IMG/VR virus record: IMGVR_UViG_3300025645_000038
Coordinates: 100,846 to 164,845 of that record
Length of the DNA: 64,000 nt
Strand: one strand, 5' to 3'
Source: a virus
Shown here: piece by piece, positions 9,601-18,068 of the stretch
Layout of the letters: each line of letters starts with the position of its first letter
Position numbering within the stretch: position 1 is the stretch's first letter
Made by a program: the position numbers and the translations under genes
The notes under the pieces: model-generated
The model's input: the letters and a program-made list of their open reading frames with translations, nothing else
Database searches by the model: none
What the model was told of the DNA's origin: nothing

Positions 9601-10667
9601 AAGAGGATATAGTAGGTGACCAAGTACTAGATGATTTAGATTTTGAAGATATTCCGGAGTTTCAAGAAATACCAGCTCCTGTGAGTAGACCAAACATACC
9701 AGTTCCTATTGATGATGAGGACATTGCAGATGACGTTGAATTAGAAGATTTAGACTTTGATGAAATACCACCTTGGATACCACCACCTTACCCATCTACA
9801 TTATCTTTGAGAAGAGCTAAAATTGAAATAGAAAACCAACCGGAGAGAGTTCCTGATGAGTCTCCACCTGATGTTCCACTAATTCCTGTAGGTGGTATGT
9901 TATCATCTGAAGATATAAATGCTCTTATAGCACAAGGACTTGAAAGTAGTAATATATCAGGCAACAGTACAGACTTAGTAGAGTACCCACCTGAACCAGA
10001 CCCAAGAGCTGAACCAGCTCTACCATCTCAACCGATAAGAAGAGGTGGGGATTATGGTAATCTAGATCCATTATCTTTACTTGACCAGATAAAGTCACAG
10101 AAGATTATATATGTTCAACCAGCTCCTGAGCTAACCAATGAAACTGGAGAAGTTCAGAAACCACAAAGGTTTGAAGCACCACAAGTAGAAGAGCTTAACT
10201 TTGAAAGTCCTGTTGAGGCTACGATTGCTGTAAATGAAAATATTAAGAAAGAGTTACCAAAGGAGATAGTGGTTGCAACTCCACAAGAGTTGAACTTCAT
10301 CGAAAAGAAGTCTACATACAACTTCAGTCTTGACCATAATCGAATACTTTACAATCTAAGAGAGGATTGGAGACCTTTATACAAAAAAACTAATGGTAGT
10401 TTGACCGGTGCTAGATTTTCAGGTAAAGGTGAGGATAGGGTTGAGAATACATTGGTCAGAAGTGGACAACCAAAAGAGATAAGACAAGCTTATTGGGATG
10501 CTTACATTGAAGGTAAGAATGAAAGTGGTAAATCACAAACTAAATTTGTGGATAAGGATAATTTTACAATATTTCCTCCTGTACAACCAACAGGTGATTT
10601 ATTAAGAAGAGAAAGAGATACTTATTGGTATGGGGAGTGGAATCCAGGATACACACCACCATCATAG
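6687..10667 (+). CDS. Large baseplate hub-like structural protein with Pro/acidic C-terminal extension
   Basis: 1326 aa; G.TV.VDWGW, GG.I.NF.Y....DGGFDC.T and LTLEIDG..GI.PGD motifs of hub-type proteins; position in baseplate module. Confidence 0.55.
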   Translation: MYTKFISKPIQEKLKAKERALARLGKPSQQQQNDDSLELKDLASRTIFVRMCSNKSKVPNILISGGEHNERGIPLGFGDSYKDRTGNVDEEGNPIDNSGIKAVPGVKDISVEYKGGFKAIRECTINWTVPAIEDLDRLTPYFLTVGKTVVVDWGWVNANKKSLRQQIGVEPFIQRNIDVANNTVNYSVDQEIFTNPQQRVIEAGGDYDAIGGRIKNFNYTLREDGGFDCITTITALGAALFHKPVDVSGDKQGTRKSKKDNSPVFTPPDTLINFLLNLKNVLKYDVLGIEKDREFESLYELSKGERGLYSSAVYHTSYSLSGKKKFAVSKNFSCIIVNDSKNPDVILTVHPEGKTDIFVTWGYFEDQILNRYLSYSGGSEDGSGIKMTMRSTDTILDAEGKAISTEDLDGAIIERYGVNLDIPSDDYNSTLKQTTLIRYPSLLYPTDPMKFFILETNSLIVATDKKTGAISEEGLKTSFFKEKLQAAGDVKKRIKEFLHAFLDMGFQNKADFSSKSFNAQNIGTRGKGKLRNIYVNIKEIQRAFGITNADSNDTTKNNVSPPGTIGAAMTNLLNELNGNFHNCWDFDLAVDQYDSTNIKVVDKSDTNTDNPKYTTYEGGVDDKEGRNSHKVQDLGLFKFPSFKIGSIVKTQNLEFKIPDAQAITILYGSNKEKGQSDSSAKSRLDKLFRLDKVDTDKDPYADKFLESLETSNFKVEDKVIGEATQSIVVSRRVGSYQSDENSKIVEGEGISLNIKESPYEWKRYLPDVEKTDKPDSNPKTTTNYEVDDFGNLKYVTRKITKDGKNPIHLSRDNTFYSYDTTNKTLVLESNAQGALNSYINASSPTAEYDVNSLIPADLTLEIDGTGGIIPGDIIQTDYIQNKYKASISFTDLKGKRTDAGPLTYFQLFGVTQKIDPSGWKTELTSKMRINYINDGIDLEYKVPVDNPLNPKTSTIQNSDEPERPFISIPIEEEDIVGDQVLDDLDFEDIPEFQEIPAPVSRPNIPVPIDDEDIADDVELEDLDFDEIPPWIPPPYPSTLSLRRAKIEIENQPERVPDESPPDVPLIPVGGMLSSEDINALIAQGLESSNISGNSTDLVEYPPEPDPRAEPALPSQPIRRGGDYGNLDPLSLLDQIKSQKIIYVQPAPELTNETGEVQKPQRFEAPQVEELNFESPVEATIAVNENIKKELPKEIVVATPQELNFIEKKSTYNFSLDHNRILYNLREDWRPLYKKTNGSLTGARFSGKGEDRVENTLVRSGQPKEIRQAYWDAYIEGKNESGKSQTKFVDKDNFTIFPPVQPTGDLLRRERDTYWYGEWNPGYTPPS
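9573..9795 (+). repeat. Intragenic ~38-aa (114-nt) acidic Pro-rich repeat x2
   Basis: RPFISIPIEEEDIVGDQVLDDLDFEDIP vs RPNIPVPIDDEDIADDVELEDLDFDEIP. Confidence 0.8.
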
Positions 10668-10677
10668 GAGATAAAGA

Positions 10678-11466
10678 ATGAGTGTTCAACTACAAGAATT
10701 TTTAGAAAAAAGAAGTAATAAGCTACCAAGAGTATCTCCTGCTATATCTGCTATACACGAAAATACGGACAGAGTAGAAAAGAATAAGGTTGCTAAAGAG
10801 AAAGAATTTTACTCTAAAAGAGGAAAGTATATTTCAAAAGGATCTCTTTATCATGTACACTATACAAAAGATTTAGAGGTTCATTATATGACTGGTGGAG
10901 AACACAACGAAAGAACTCAGTTGATATTTAGAAAGAGTATTTTTGATAGCGACTTTGATTACTACAATACTTTAAACAAACAAGAGGTTGTACAATTAAA
11001 ATCAACATCTAAACCACCAACCGAAGATGATTACAAGAATGGTACGATGACTAGATACTTTGCTAAAAAAGCTAACGATACAAGGTCACCAGCATTCGAA
11101 GTTTCAGAAGATGATTTTGAATCATCACCTATGTACAACTTTGTATCATTACGCTGGTATATTAGAGGAAATAAGATTAGGGTTACTAAGTCAAATCAGA
11201 GAGAAATAAAGGTGGCTTCAATAAAGATACCTAACATTGGTAAGTTGCTACCTATTCTACAATACTATCGTTCAGATTCTAAAGTTGGTGTTAGACAATC
11301 GATAATCGATAGGTTAGGAATAACAAGTGAACAAGGAGAGGCTCAACAAGAAACTACCACAACAACACAAACAACAACTACTCCAAAAACTAATACACAA
11401 CAAAACGCACCAACTGGTACTCCACCAGAAGTAATAACGCGTGGGGCTTACGGTGCTGGTAATTAA
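10678..11466 (+). CDS. Hypothetical (probably virion/baseplate-associated) protein with Thr-rich tail
   Basis: PTEDDY.NG...RYF.KK.N motif; tail ETTTTTQTTTTPKT; last gene of the tail module. Confidence 0.55.
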   Translation: MSVQLQEFLEKRSNKLPRVSPAISAIHENTDRVEKNKVAKEKEFYSKRGKYISKGSLYHVHYTKDLEVHYMTGGEHNERTQLIFRKSIFDSDFDYYNTLNKQEVVQLKSTSKPPTEDDYKNGTMTRYFAKKANDTRSPAFEVSEDDFESSPMYNFVSLRWYIRGNKIRVTKSNQREIKVASIKIPNIGKLLPILQYYRSDSKVGVRQSIIDRLGITSEQGEAQQETTTTTQTTTTPKTNTQQNAPTGTPPEVITRGAYGAGN

Positions 11467-11490
11467 TTTACATTTTGGGTTATCTATATA

Positions 11491-11499
11491 ATACTTATA
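11491..11499 (+). promoter_or_regulatory. Putative phage promoter motif (ATACTTATA)
   Basis: Recurring motif 18 nt before the thyX ATG. Confidence 0.55.
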
Positions 11500-11517
11500 T
11501 ACAAATAGAGGTTACAT

Positions 11518-12219
11518 ATGAAAAGTAAAGTTTTAGACAAAGGCTTTATTGAGGTTATTGATTCGTTAGGAAACGATTTAACAGTCGTCAATTCAGCTAG
11601 AGTATCATTCGGTAAAAGAAAAACAAAGTTCGATAAGTCAGACGAAAGACTTGTTCGTTATCTTGCTAAACACAAACACTATTCACCATTCAGACATTTA
11701 CAAGTTCAGTTCCATTTAAAAGCACCTGAGTTCGTGATGAGACAATGGTATAAACATGTAGTTGGGATAGAGACTACATCTAATAGTTCTACTAAAGACC
11801 ATGCTTGGAATGAAATAAGTGGAAGATATGTTGAGTATGATGAGTTTTACGAACCAACCATTTACAGAAAACAATCTGATGATAACAAACAAGCATCAGA
11901 AGGTCAGTTTGAAGGTCAGTCTGAAATAGCAATAGCTGCTAATTGGAAACAAGCACATAGTATGACTTTGACTGCTTACAAAAATATGATAGATGCTGGT
12001 ATGGCTAAAGAACAAGCTCGTTGTATATTACCACTTACATTATACACAGAGGTATATTGGACAGCTTCCTTTCAGGCCGTAATGAATTTTATTGAGTTGA
12101 GAAACGAAAAGACTGCACAGATAGAGATACAAGATTATGCTAAGGTTCTATTAGATTTAATGTTAGAGGTTTATCCGATGACAACTAAACTATGGGCTGA
12201 GGCACACGATTGGTTATAG
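11518..12219 (+). CDS. thyX: FAD-dependent thymidylate synthase
   Basis: VVNSARVSF, H.SPF.H, NEISGRY, KEQAR..LP, NF..LR....AQ.EI. Confidence 0.93.
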   Translation: MKSKVLDKGFIEVIDSLGNDLTVVNSARVSFGKRKTKFDKSDERLVRYLAKHKHYSPFRHLQVQFHLKAPEFVMRQWYKHVVGIETTSNSSTKDHAWNEISGRYVEYDEFYEPTIYRKQSDDNKQASEGQFEGQSEIAIAANWKQAHSMTLTAYKNMIDAGMAKEQARCILPLTLYTEVYWTASFQAVMNFIELRNEKTAQIEIQDYAKVLLDLMLEVYPMTTKLWAEAHDWL

Positions 12220-13514
12220 TAGAAACAAAGAAAGAGTATAGAAAGTTTGCTAGGATATTCAGTAAAGAGGATTCCATAGTTATACCAATCGAATGTGATT
12301 TTAATAAACATCCAAGAAGTACTAGATTGTGTATACTCTATGTAAAAACTATAGATAAAGATTCCAAAGAATATATCCTACCATTTAGACATTCAGATAC
12401 TCTTAACTTAGAAGAGCATATCATTGATAGTCTTTGGACTCCCAAAAATGTTTACACTCACGATAAGAAGAAGCTACTACATTTCTTTGATTGGAAGAAC
12501 ACACACGATGTACAGATGAATCATTACTTAGAAAAGAACGAACCATTGTCTATAGATGATATATTGACAAATGCACATGAATACTTTTATAGAAAGTATT
12601 ATGGTAAGTCTAACATAAATTGTGTGATACCTATCATGAAGCATTTAGAATGGTGTAGGAAAGTGGTAGAGGTTCTAAAGGTAGCTGGTATCATTGGACT
12701 GAAAGAAACTCAATCGGTGTATAACATTTATAATGAGGATGTATTGGAGAACCTACAAAAGATAGAATCAAATGGATTACAGACTGTAGATGGTATGGTA
12801 TATTCAGAATACAATCCTTACACCGCTACAGGCCGCCCATCAAATAGATTCGGTGGTTTAAACTTTGCTGCTCTTAATAAGAAGGATGGTAGTAGAAAGA
12901 AGTTTGTAAGTAGATATGGTAAAGAGGGTATGTTGGTAGAGATGGATTATGATGCTTATCATCTAAGATTGATCGGTGAGGTAGTAGACTATCAGTTTCC
13001 AAAGGGTTCGGTACATAATCATATGGCTAAATTATATGATACCGATTATGACGAAGCAAAGTCTTTATCATTTCAGTTTTTGTATGGTCATATACCTGAT
13101 GAGGTGATAAAAACCAATCCGTTTTTCGCTAAAGTTCAAGTATATATAGATGAGGTTTGGAGTCAATATAAATCAATGAATTTCATAGAATCTTATATTT
13201 ATAATAAGAGAATATATAAGAAAAATCTGTCTGATATGAACAAAAATAAGGTATTTAACTATCTTATACAGTTAATGGAAACAGAGAATAATATGAAGAT
13301 ACTAACAGAGCTTCTACCTAAAATAGATGGTTACAAAAGTAAATTAGTTCTGTATAGTTACGATTCATTTTTATTTGACTTTTACCTGCCAGATGGATTA
13401 GATTTTCTACAGAAGGTAAAAGGTATTATTGAACAAAAGGGTAAGTTTCCAGTCAAAGTTGGCAAAGGTTGGAACTATCATGAAATGGAAGATATAACGA
13501 GGAAGTTTAAATGA
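12210..13514 (+). CDS. Truncated, atypical family A DNA polymerase-like protein
   Basis: TATGRPS, motif A DYDAYHLR, motif B AKSLSFQFLYG, motif C YSYDSF; degenerate exonuclease-like N-terminus. Confidence 0.8.
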   Translation: MVIVETKKEYRKFARIFSKEDSIVIPIECDFNKHPRSTRLCILYVKTIDKDSKEYILPFRHSDTLNLEEHIIDSLWTPKNVYTHDKKKLLHFFDWKNTHDVQMNHYLEKNEPLSIDDILTNAHEYFYRKYYGKSNINCVIPIMKHLEWCRKVVEVLKVAGIIGLKETQSVYNIYNEDVLENLQKIESNGLQTVDGMVYSEYNPYTATGRPSNRFGGLNFAALNKKDGSRKKFVSRYGKEGMLVEMDYDAYHLRLIGEVVDYQFPKGSVHNHMAKLYDTDYDEAKSLSFQFLYGHIPDEVIKTNPFFAKVQVYIDEVWSQYKSMNFIESYIYNKRIYKKNLSDMNKNKVFNYLIQLMETENNMKILTELLPKIDGYKSKLVLYSYDSFLFDFYLPDGLDFLQKVKGIIEQKGKFPVKVGKGWNYHEMEDITRKFK

Positions 13515-15598
13515 TTACAGATTTAAATGAAATATTAGTAGAATGGTCTTATCGTACAAGCGATGGTAAGCCAGATGTAAAGAATAATGCTAAGTTGATA
13601 ATACTAGAGTCAGTACTGAATGACTTTGGTTGGAGTAGAGAAGCGAGAGCTGAGTTGTTAAATACGTTGATGGAAGTGGACATAGTTAGAAAAAAACAAC
13701 CAGATGGAAGTATGGGCTCTTCATACACAGTACAAAAACACAATCCTGAAAAAGGACAGGTTTTAGTAACAAAGAATGCTTCCGATGATGCTGTTGCTAA
13801 AGTGACAAAGGGTAAAGTAGATAAAGAAAAAGACAAAGGTGAAGAAAAACCAAAGGATAATGAAGAAGGGCCAAAAGTCTCTATGTCTAACACAATAGAT
13901 AGAGGTGGAGATAGTAAGGTTAAAAATTTAGCATTTAAATATGGTTTTAAAGAGGTAAAAGATAAAGATGGAAATACTATATTTAAACCTGCGCCAGGTA
14001 ATGCAGGTTCATTGTTAAATGAGGTTGTTTCAGGTGAAGTCGCACAGATGCTTGAAGAGAATCCAAATTTATCAGATGAAGAGCTTATTGATATATTGGA
14101 AGATAGATTTGGTGAAACTGAATTATTTAAAAGTAAAGGCAAAAATGGAAATTCAGGTAGTAAACTTGCAGGAGGACTAACAAAAAAAGATATTGATGTT
14201 CCTGAAGGAAAAAATGTTGGTTTGTATAGTAAATTATTCTTAGCTGTAAAGAGTGGAAGAAGAAAACATAACAAAGCTGTAGATAAAGCTGAGAAAAGAG
14301 GTTTTAAAAATCCAAAGATGGAAAACTACTACGGTCACTCATCATCATTTGACGCGATGGTGGATGCTATTAAGGACAAACAAGTGATTGGTCCCGAAGG
14401 TGAAAAAATATCACAAGAAGAGGCAGAAGAATTAATTAGGTCAGGTGGTGGTGGAGATAACCCATCGGATACTGGAACATTGGTATTTGATGAAGCTTCT
14501 AATAAAGTTATAATGCTATTTCACTCCGATAAAGATAGTTTAGATGCGATTGTCGCACAATCAAGCGCAAACGCAGAAGCTGTAGCAAATGAAAAAAATG
14601 TTGATAGGCTGGTTAAAGATGGTAAAATTACAGAAGAACAAGCTGAAGCAGTTAAGGGTAAAAATAGAGAGTTGGTAGATACTTTAGATGATACAGAAAA
14701 AGAATTGAAACAAGTGGTTACAGGTCCAGGTAAGTGGTTTCAGAAAAATGTAGAACCAAAAGATGCAATTAATAGTATAAAGAATGATGAGAATCTTGAT
14801 GGTAGTAAAGATAAAAATGCAACATCTACAAAGTGGAAATCTGTTGTTAACCAAAGAGGTGAACTAAATTCAAAATTGAGAAAATATTTACCGGATGGAG
14901 TAAACCATAGAACTGTAACTGATGAACAAGCCTTAGATGCATTCTTAAAATTTATGGCTGATGAAGATAAGGGAGTAGATGTAAAAGGTAATCCTATAGA
15001 ACCAACTGATGACCAAGTAACATTGATGGAAAGATTAAATTCAAGGTTTGTCGAAAAAGGTGCACCTGATATATTTACTCAATTAGAAGATATAAGAAAT
15101 AGAACATTACAAGCCCAAAGAGATTTCACAAAAGATAATGATGAAATAAAAATAGATGTAGATGGTAAAGAAGTAGGATTAGGAACATTTTTAGAGGGTG
15201 GAACTGTGTGGAAACAATTTCATTTGGAAGCATCCAATTCTGATTCAAAGACAGGTGTTCATAAGTATCCTGGTATGTTTGAAACTAATCACGCTGGACT
15301 TGCAGTTGATGGCGAGACGTTGGTTGGTTGTATGGGTGGTGATGTTAAAAACAAAAATGATTTCGTAACTCGTTTAGAAGTTGGTGATATTGAAGCACAA
15401 AAAGGTGTTAGTGGAACACAAAAAGGATTAACTACAGGTGGAAAAAGATTAGTGTATGCTATAACTGCTGGTGGTGAAAAAATTGAAATAGGTCAGAAAA
15501 CAATGAGAACAAAACGAGGTAAAACAGGTAAATTAGCAACCGATTACAAGTGGTCTAAAGATATGAAAGATTGTTTTTCTAAAAAGGGAAAGAAGTAA
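13511..15598 (+). CDS. Large hypothetical protein (possible internal virion protein)
   Basis: 695 aa, charged; N-terminal IL.EWSYR..DGKP domain followed by a Lys/Glu-rich linker. Confidence 0.6.
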   Translation: MITDLNEILVEWSYRTSDGKPDVKNNAKLIILESVLNDFGWSREARAELLNTLMEVDIVRKKQPDGSMGSSYTVQKHNPEKGQVLVTKNASDDAVAKVTKGKVDKEKDKGEEKPKDNEEGPKVSMSNTIDRGGDSKVKNLAFKYGFKEVKDKDGNTIFKPAPGNAGSLLNEVVSGEVAQMLEENPNLSDEELIDILEDRFGETELFKSKGKNGNSGSKLAGGLTKKDIDVPEGKNVGLYSKLFLAVKSGRRKHNKAVDKAEKRGFKNPKMENYYGHSSSFDAMVDAIKDKQVIGPEGEKISQEEAEELIRSGGGGDNPSDTGTLVFDEASNKVIMLFHSDKDSLDAIVAQSSANAEAVANEKNVDRLVKDGKITEEQAEAVKGKNRELVDTLDDTEKELKQVVTGPGKWFQKNVEPKDAINSIKNDENLDGSKDKNATSTKWKSVVNQRGELNSKLRKYLPDGVNHRTVTDEQALDAFLKFMADEDKGVDVKGNPIEPTDDQVTLMERLNSRFVEKGAPDIFTQLEDIRNRTLQAQRDFTKDNDEIKIDVDGKEVGLGTFLEGGTVWKQFHLEASNSDSKTGVHKYPGMFETNHAGLAVDGETLVGCMGGDVKNKNDFVTRLEVGDIEAQKGVSGTQKGLTTGGKRLVYAITAGGEKIEIGQKTMRTKRGKTGKLATDYKWSKDMKDCFSKKGKK

Positions 15599-16011
15599 TG
15601 AAAACACAACTACTCTGCACATTCACCCAAAAAGAAAATCTAAATGATATTCTTGACCTAATCATTTTATGTAATGATATACTCTACGATAAGATATATG
15701 TATTTCAGAATGGTAAAGACCACAACCAGCTTATCTGTACATACAATGTTGAGTACGATGGTGATAATCATCCTGAAGATATTCCAAATACGATATCACT
15801 ACATAGAAAGAAACAAAGTAATACACTATACACAATCAACGCACTCAACGAAGTTATCAGAGAACTAAATGGTGGTGTGCTTGATAAGAGATTTCCCATA
15901 CCTTGGGATGATTACTATAATAGTTTATTACTAACTAATGAGAACGGACTAAATAAAATACCGACAAAAATACACAGCATCGTTGATACAAAAAATCATA
16001 AAGAAAATTAA
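15598..16011 (+). CDS. Hypothetical phage protein upstream of SSB
   Basis: 137 aa, TAATG coupling; KTQLLCTF and HRKKQSNTLYTINALN motifs. Confidence 0.7.
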   Translation: MKTQLLCTFTQKENLNDILDLIILCNDILYDKIYVFQNGKDHNQLICTYNVEYDGDNHPEDIPNTISLHRKKQSNTLYTINALNEVIRELNGGVLDKRFPIPWDDYYNSLLLTNENGLNKIPTKIHSIVDTKNHKEN

Positions 16012-16113
16012 AAAAATAATTGTATTTCACTATTACGGGTGATATATATTATTGGTTACAGAATGATGTAACTAACAAATGAATAATAACTAATAAAATA
16101 AGGAGAATAAAAA

Positions 16114-16869
16114 ATGGATATTAATTCTATTCGTAAGCGTCTTAATCAATTACAAACCACAAACAATAGGACTTCAAACCTATGGAAACCTCAACCAGGA
16201 AAACAAGTCATTAGGGTATTACCTTACAAACATAATAAGGATAATCCTTTCATTGAGTTGTTCTTTCATTTTGGTTTGAATAACAAAACCTATTTATCAC
16301 CAATCTCTTTTGGTCGTCCAGACCCAATTGAAGAGTTTGCTCAGAAACTAAAAACAAGTGGAAACAGAGAAGAGTATCAGATGGCTCGTAAGTTAGAAGC
16401 CAAGATGAGAACTTTTGCTCCTGTTATTGTTAGAGGTGAAGAGACTCAAGGTGTTCGTTTTTGGGGATTTGGTAAGACGGTCTATCAAGAATTACTTTCT
16501 GTAATAGCAGATCCAGACTATGGTGATATCACAGACGCTGTTAGTGGTCGTGATGTATCAGTAGAGTTTATTACTGCTGAAGAAAGTGGTGCTTCTTTTC
16601 CTAAGACTACCATTCGTGTTAAACCTAATCAGAATCCTATCGTAGAGGATAAAGCACAATTGGAAAATCTCTTAGAAAACCAAAAAGACATTACTGAATT
16701 ATATCAGGAATTATCTTATGAGGAGCTAACAGATGTTCTTAACACTTGGTTGAATCCAGATGATACATCAACCGAGAGTGGAACTCAGACTGAAGCTTCG
16801 TCAGTAGTAGCTGAAACAGCAAAAGTTGAAGATGCTAGTGCTGCATTTGATGAGTTATTCAATAAGTAA
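16114..16869 (+). CDS. Single-stranded DNA-binding protein (T4 gp32-like)
   Basis: LWKP..GK..IR.LP, DPI.E, WGFGK.VY, DITD...GRD; acidic tail AFDELF. Confidence 0.88.
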   Translation: MDINSIRKRLNQLQTTNNRTSNLWKPQPGKQVIRVLPYKHNKDNPFIELFFHFGLNNKTYLSPISFGRPDPIEEFAQKLKTSGNREEYQMARKLEAKMRTFAPVIVRGEETQGVRFWGFGKTVYQELLSVIADPDYGDITDAVSGRDVSVEFITAEESGASFPKTTIRVKPNQNPIVEDKAQLENLLENQKDITELYQELSYEELTDVLNTWLNPDDTSTESGTQTEASSVVAETAKVEDASAAFDELFNK

Positions 16870-16876
16870 ATAAAGT

Positions 16877-16954
16877 GTAGTGGGTGTTGAAGCCAACACT
16901 AATAAAACCGAGTGTGTGCGAAGGATTCTTTACAAAGCCGGACACACCCACTAT
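16877..16954 (+). ncRNA. Candidate structured cis-regulatory RNA in the recA leader
   Basis: Perfect 10-bp stem TAGTGGGTGT/ACACCCACTA enclosing inner hairpins; GC-rich for this genome; ends 6 nt before the SD. Confidence 0.5.
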
Positions 16955-16970
16955 CTAATAGGAGAAATAT

Positions 16971-18068
16971 ATGTCAGTTAAAGACGATTTAGCTGGGGTT
17001 CTTGCCGACTCTCTAAATAAGAAGTTCAAAGATTATAAGGTTGCTTACTTCTTGGATGGAGTTCAAGAAACACCAACAGATATCAAAGAGTTCATTTCAA
17101 CAGGTTCAACAATGTTAGACTTAGCAATTTCAAATCGCCCTAATGGTGGTATTGCAGTTGGTAGGATTACAGAACTGAATGGATTGGAAAGTAGTGGTAA
17201 ATCATTAGTAGGTGCTCACCTACTTTCAGAGACTCAAAAGAAAGGTGGTGTCGCTGTTTATATAGATACAGAGACTGCCGTAAGTGAAGAATTTTTAGGT
17301 GTTATAGGTGTTGATATAAATAATATGTTGTATCTACATTTAGAAACAGTAGAAGATATCTTTGAAGCTATTGAAGAAATCGTAACCAAAGTTCGTGAGT
17401 CTGATAAGGATAGGTTAGTAACCATCTTAGTAGATTCATTAGCTGCTGCTACAACTAAGGTTGAGTTAAATGCAGACTTTGATAAGGATGGTTGGGCTAC
17501 TTCAAAAGCTATCGTAATATCTAAAGCTATGAGAAAGATTACTCAGATGATTGGAAGACAAAGAGTAGCTTTGGTATTCACAAATCAGTTAAGGGTAAAG
17601 TTAGGTGCTATGTTTGGAGATCCTTATACCACATCAGGTGGTAAGGCTCTTCCTTTTCATGCATCAACTCGTATTCGTTTAAAGAATAAAGGTCAAATAA
17701 AGGATACTAAAAAGAATGTAATCGGTATGACTATTCTGGCACAAGTGATTAAGAATCGTTTGGGTCCTCCACTTAGAAAAGCAGAGTTTCCTCTGTACTT
17801 TGAAAGTGGTGTAGATGATGAGGGTAGTTGGTTACAAGTTCTTAAAGACCACAACTTAGTCAAAGTTGGTGGTGCTTGGTATACTATGAAAGACCACAAT
17901 GATGAAGAGATTAAGTTTCAATCTAAGGATTGGGCTGAAAAGTTAGAAGATGAAGATTTCAAAGACTATTGTTACAAGTTGATTTGTGATAAAGTCATAC
18001 TGAAATACACTAAAGCTGATTTAGGTATCGATGATGTAGAGATTACAGAAGAGGTGTTGGGTGACTAA
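16971..18068 (+). CDS. recA: RecA/UvsX recombinase
   Basis: STGS..LD, GRITE..GLESSGKS Walker A, YIDTE, VDSLAA, FTNQLR, GGKALPFHAS.R. Confidence 0.95.
   Translation: MSVKDDLAGVLADSLNKKFKDYKVAYFLDGVQETPTDIKEFISTGSTMLDLAISNRPNGGIAVGRITELNGLESSGKSLVGAHLLSETQKKGGVAVYIDTETAVSEEFLGVIGVDINNMLYLHLETVEDIFEAIEEIVTKVRESDKDRLVTILVDSLAAATTKVELNADFDKDGWATSKAIVISKAMRKITQMIGRQRVALVFTNQLRVKLGAMFGDPYTTSGGKALPFHASTRIRLKNKGQIKDTKKNVIGMTILAQVIKNRLGPPLRKAEFPLYFESGVDDEGSWLQVLKDHNLVKVGGAWYTMKDHNDEEIKFQSKDWAEKLEDEDFKDYCYKLICDKVILKYTKADLGIDDVEITEEVLGD

Noticed and set aside
13549-14274. 241-aa minus-strand ORF, and all other minus-strand ORFs in the track
   Set aside because: Antisense shadows of well-supported + strand genes, with no recognisable motifs
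15674-15868. Short alternative-frame + strand ORFs (also 60522-60743)
   Set aside because: Nested inside better-supported genes with no independent evidence
16870-16970. Hammerhead/twister ribozyme, tRNA or intrinsic terminator
   Set aside because: No CUGAnGA/GAAA core, convincing twister consensus, cloverleaf or U-tract after the stem
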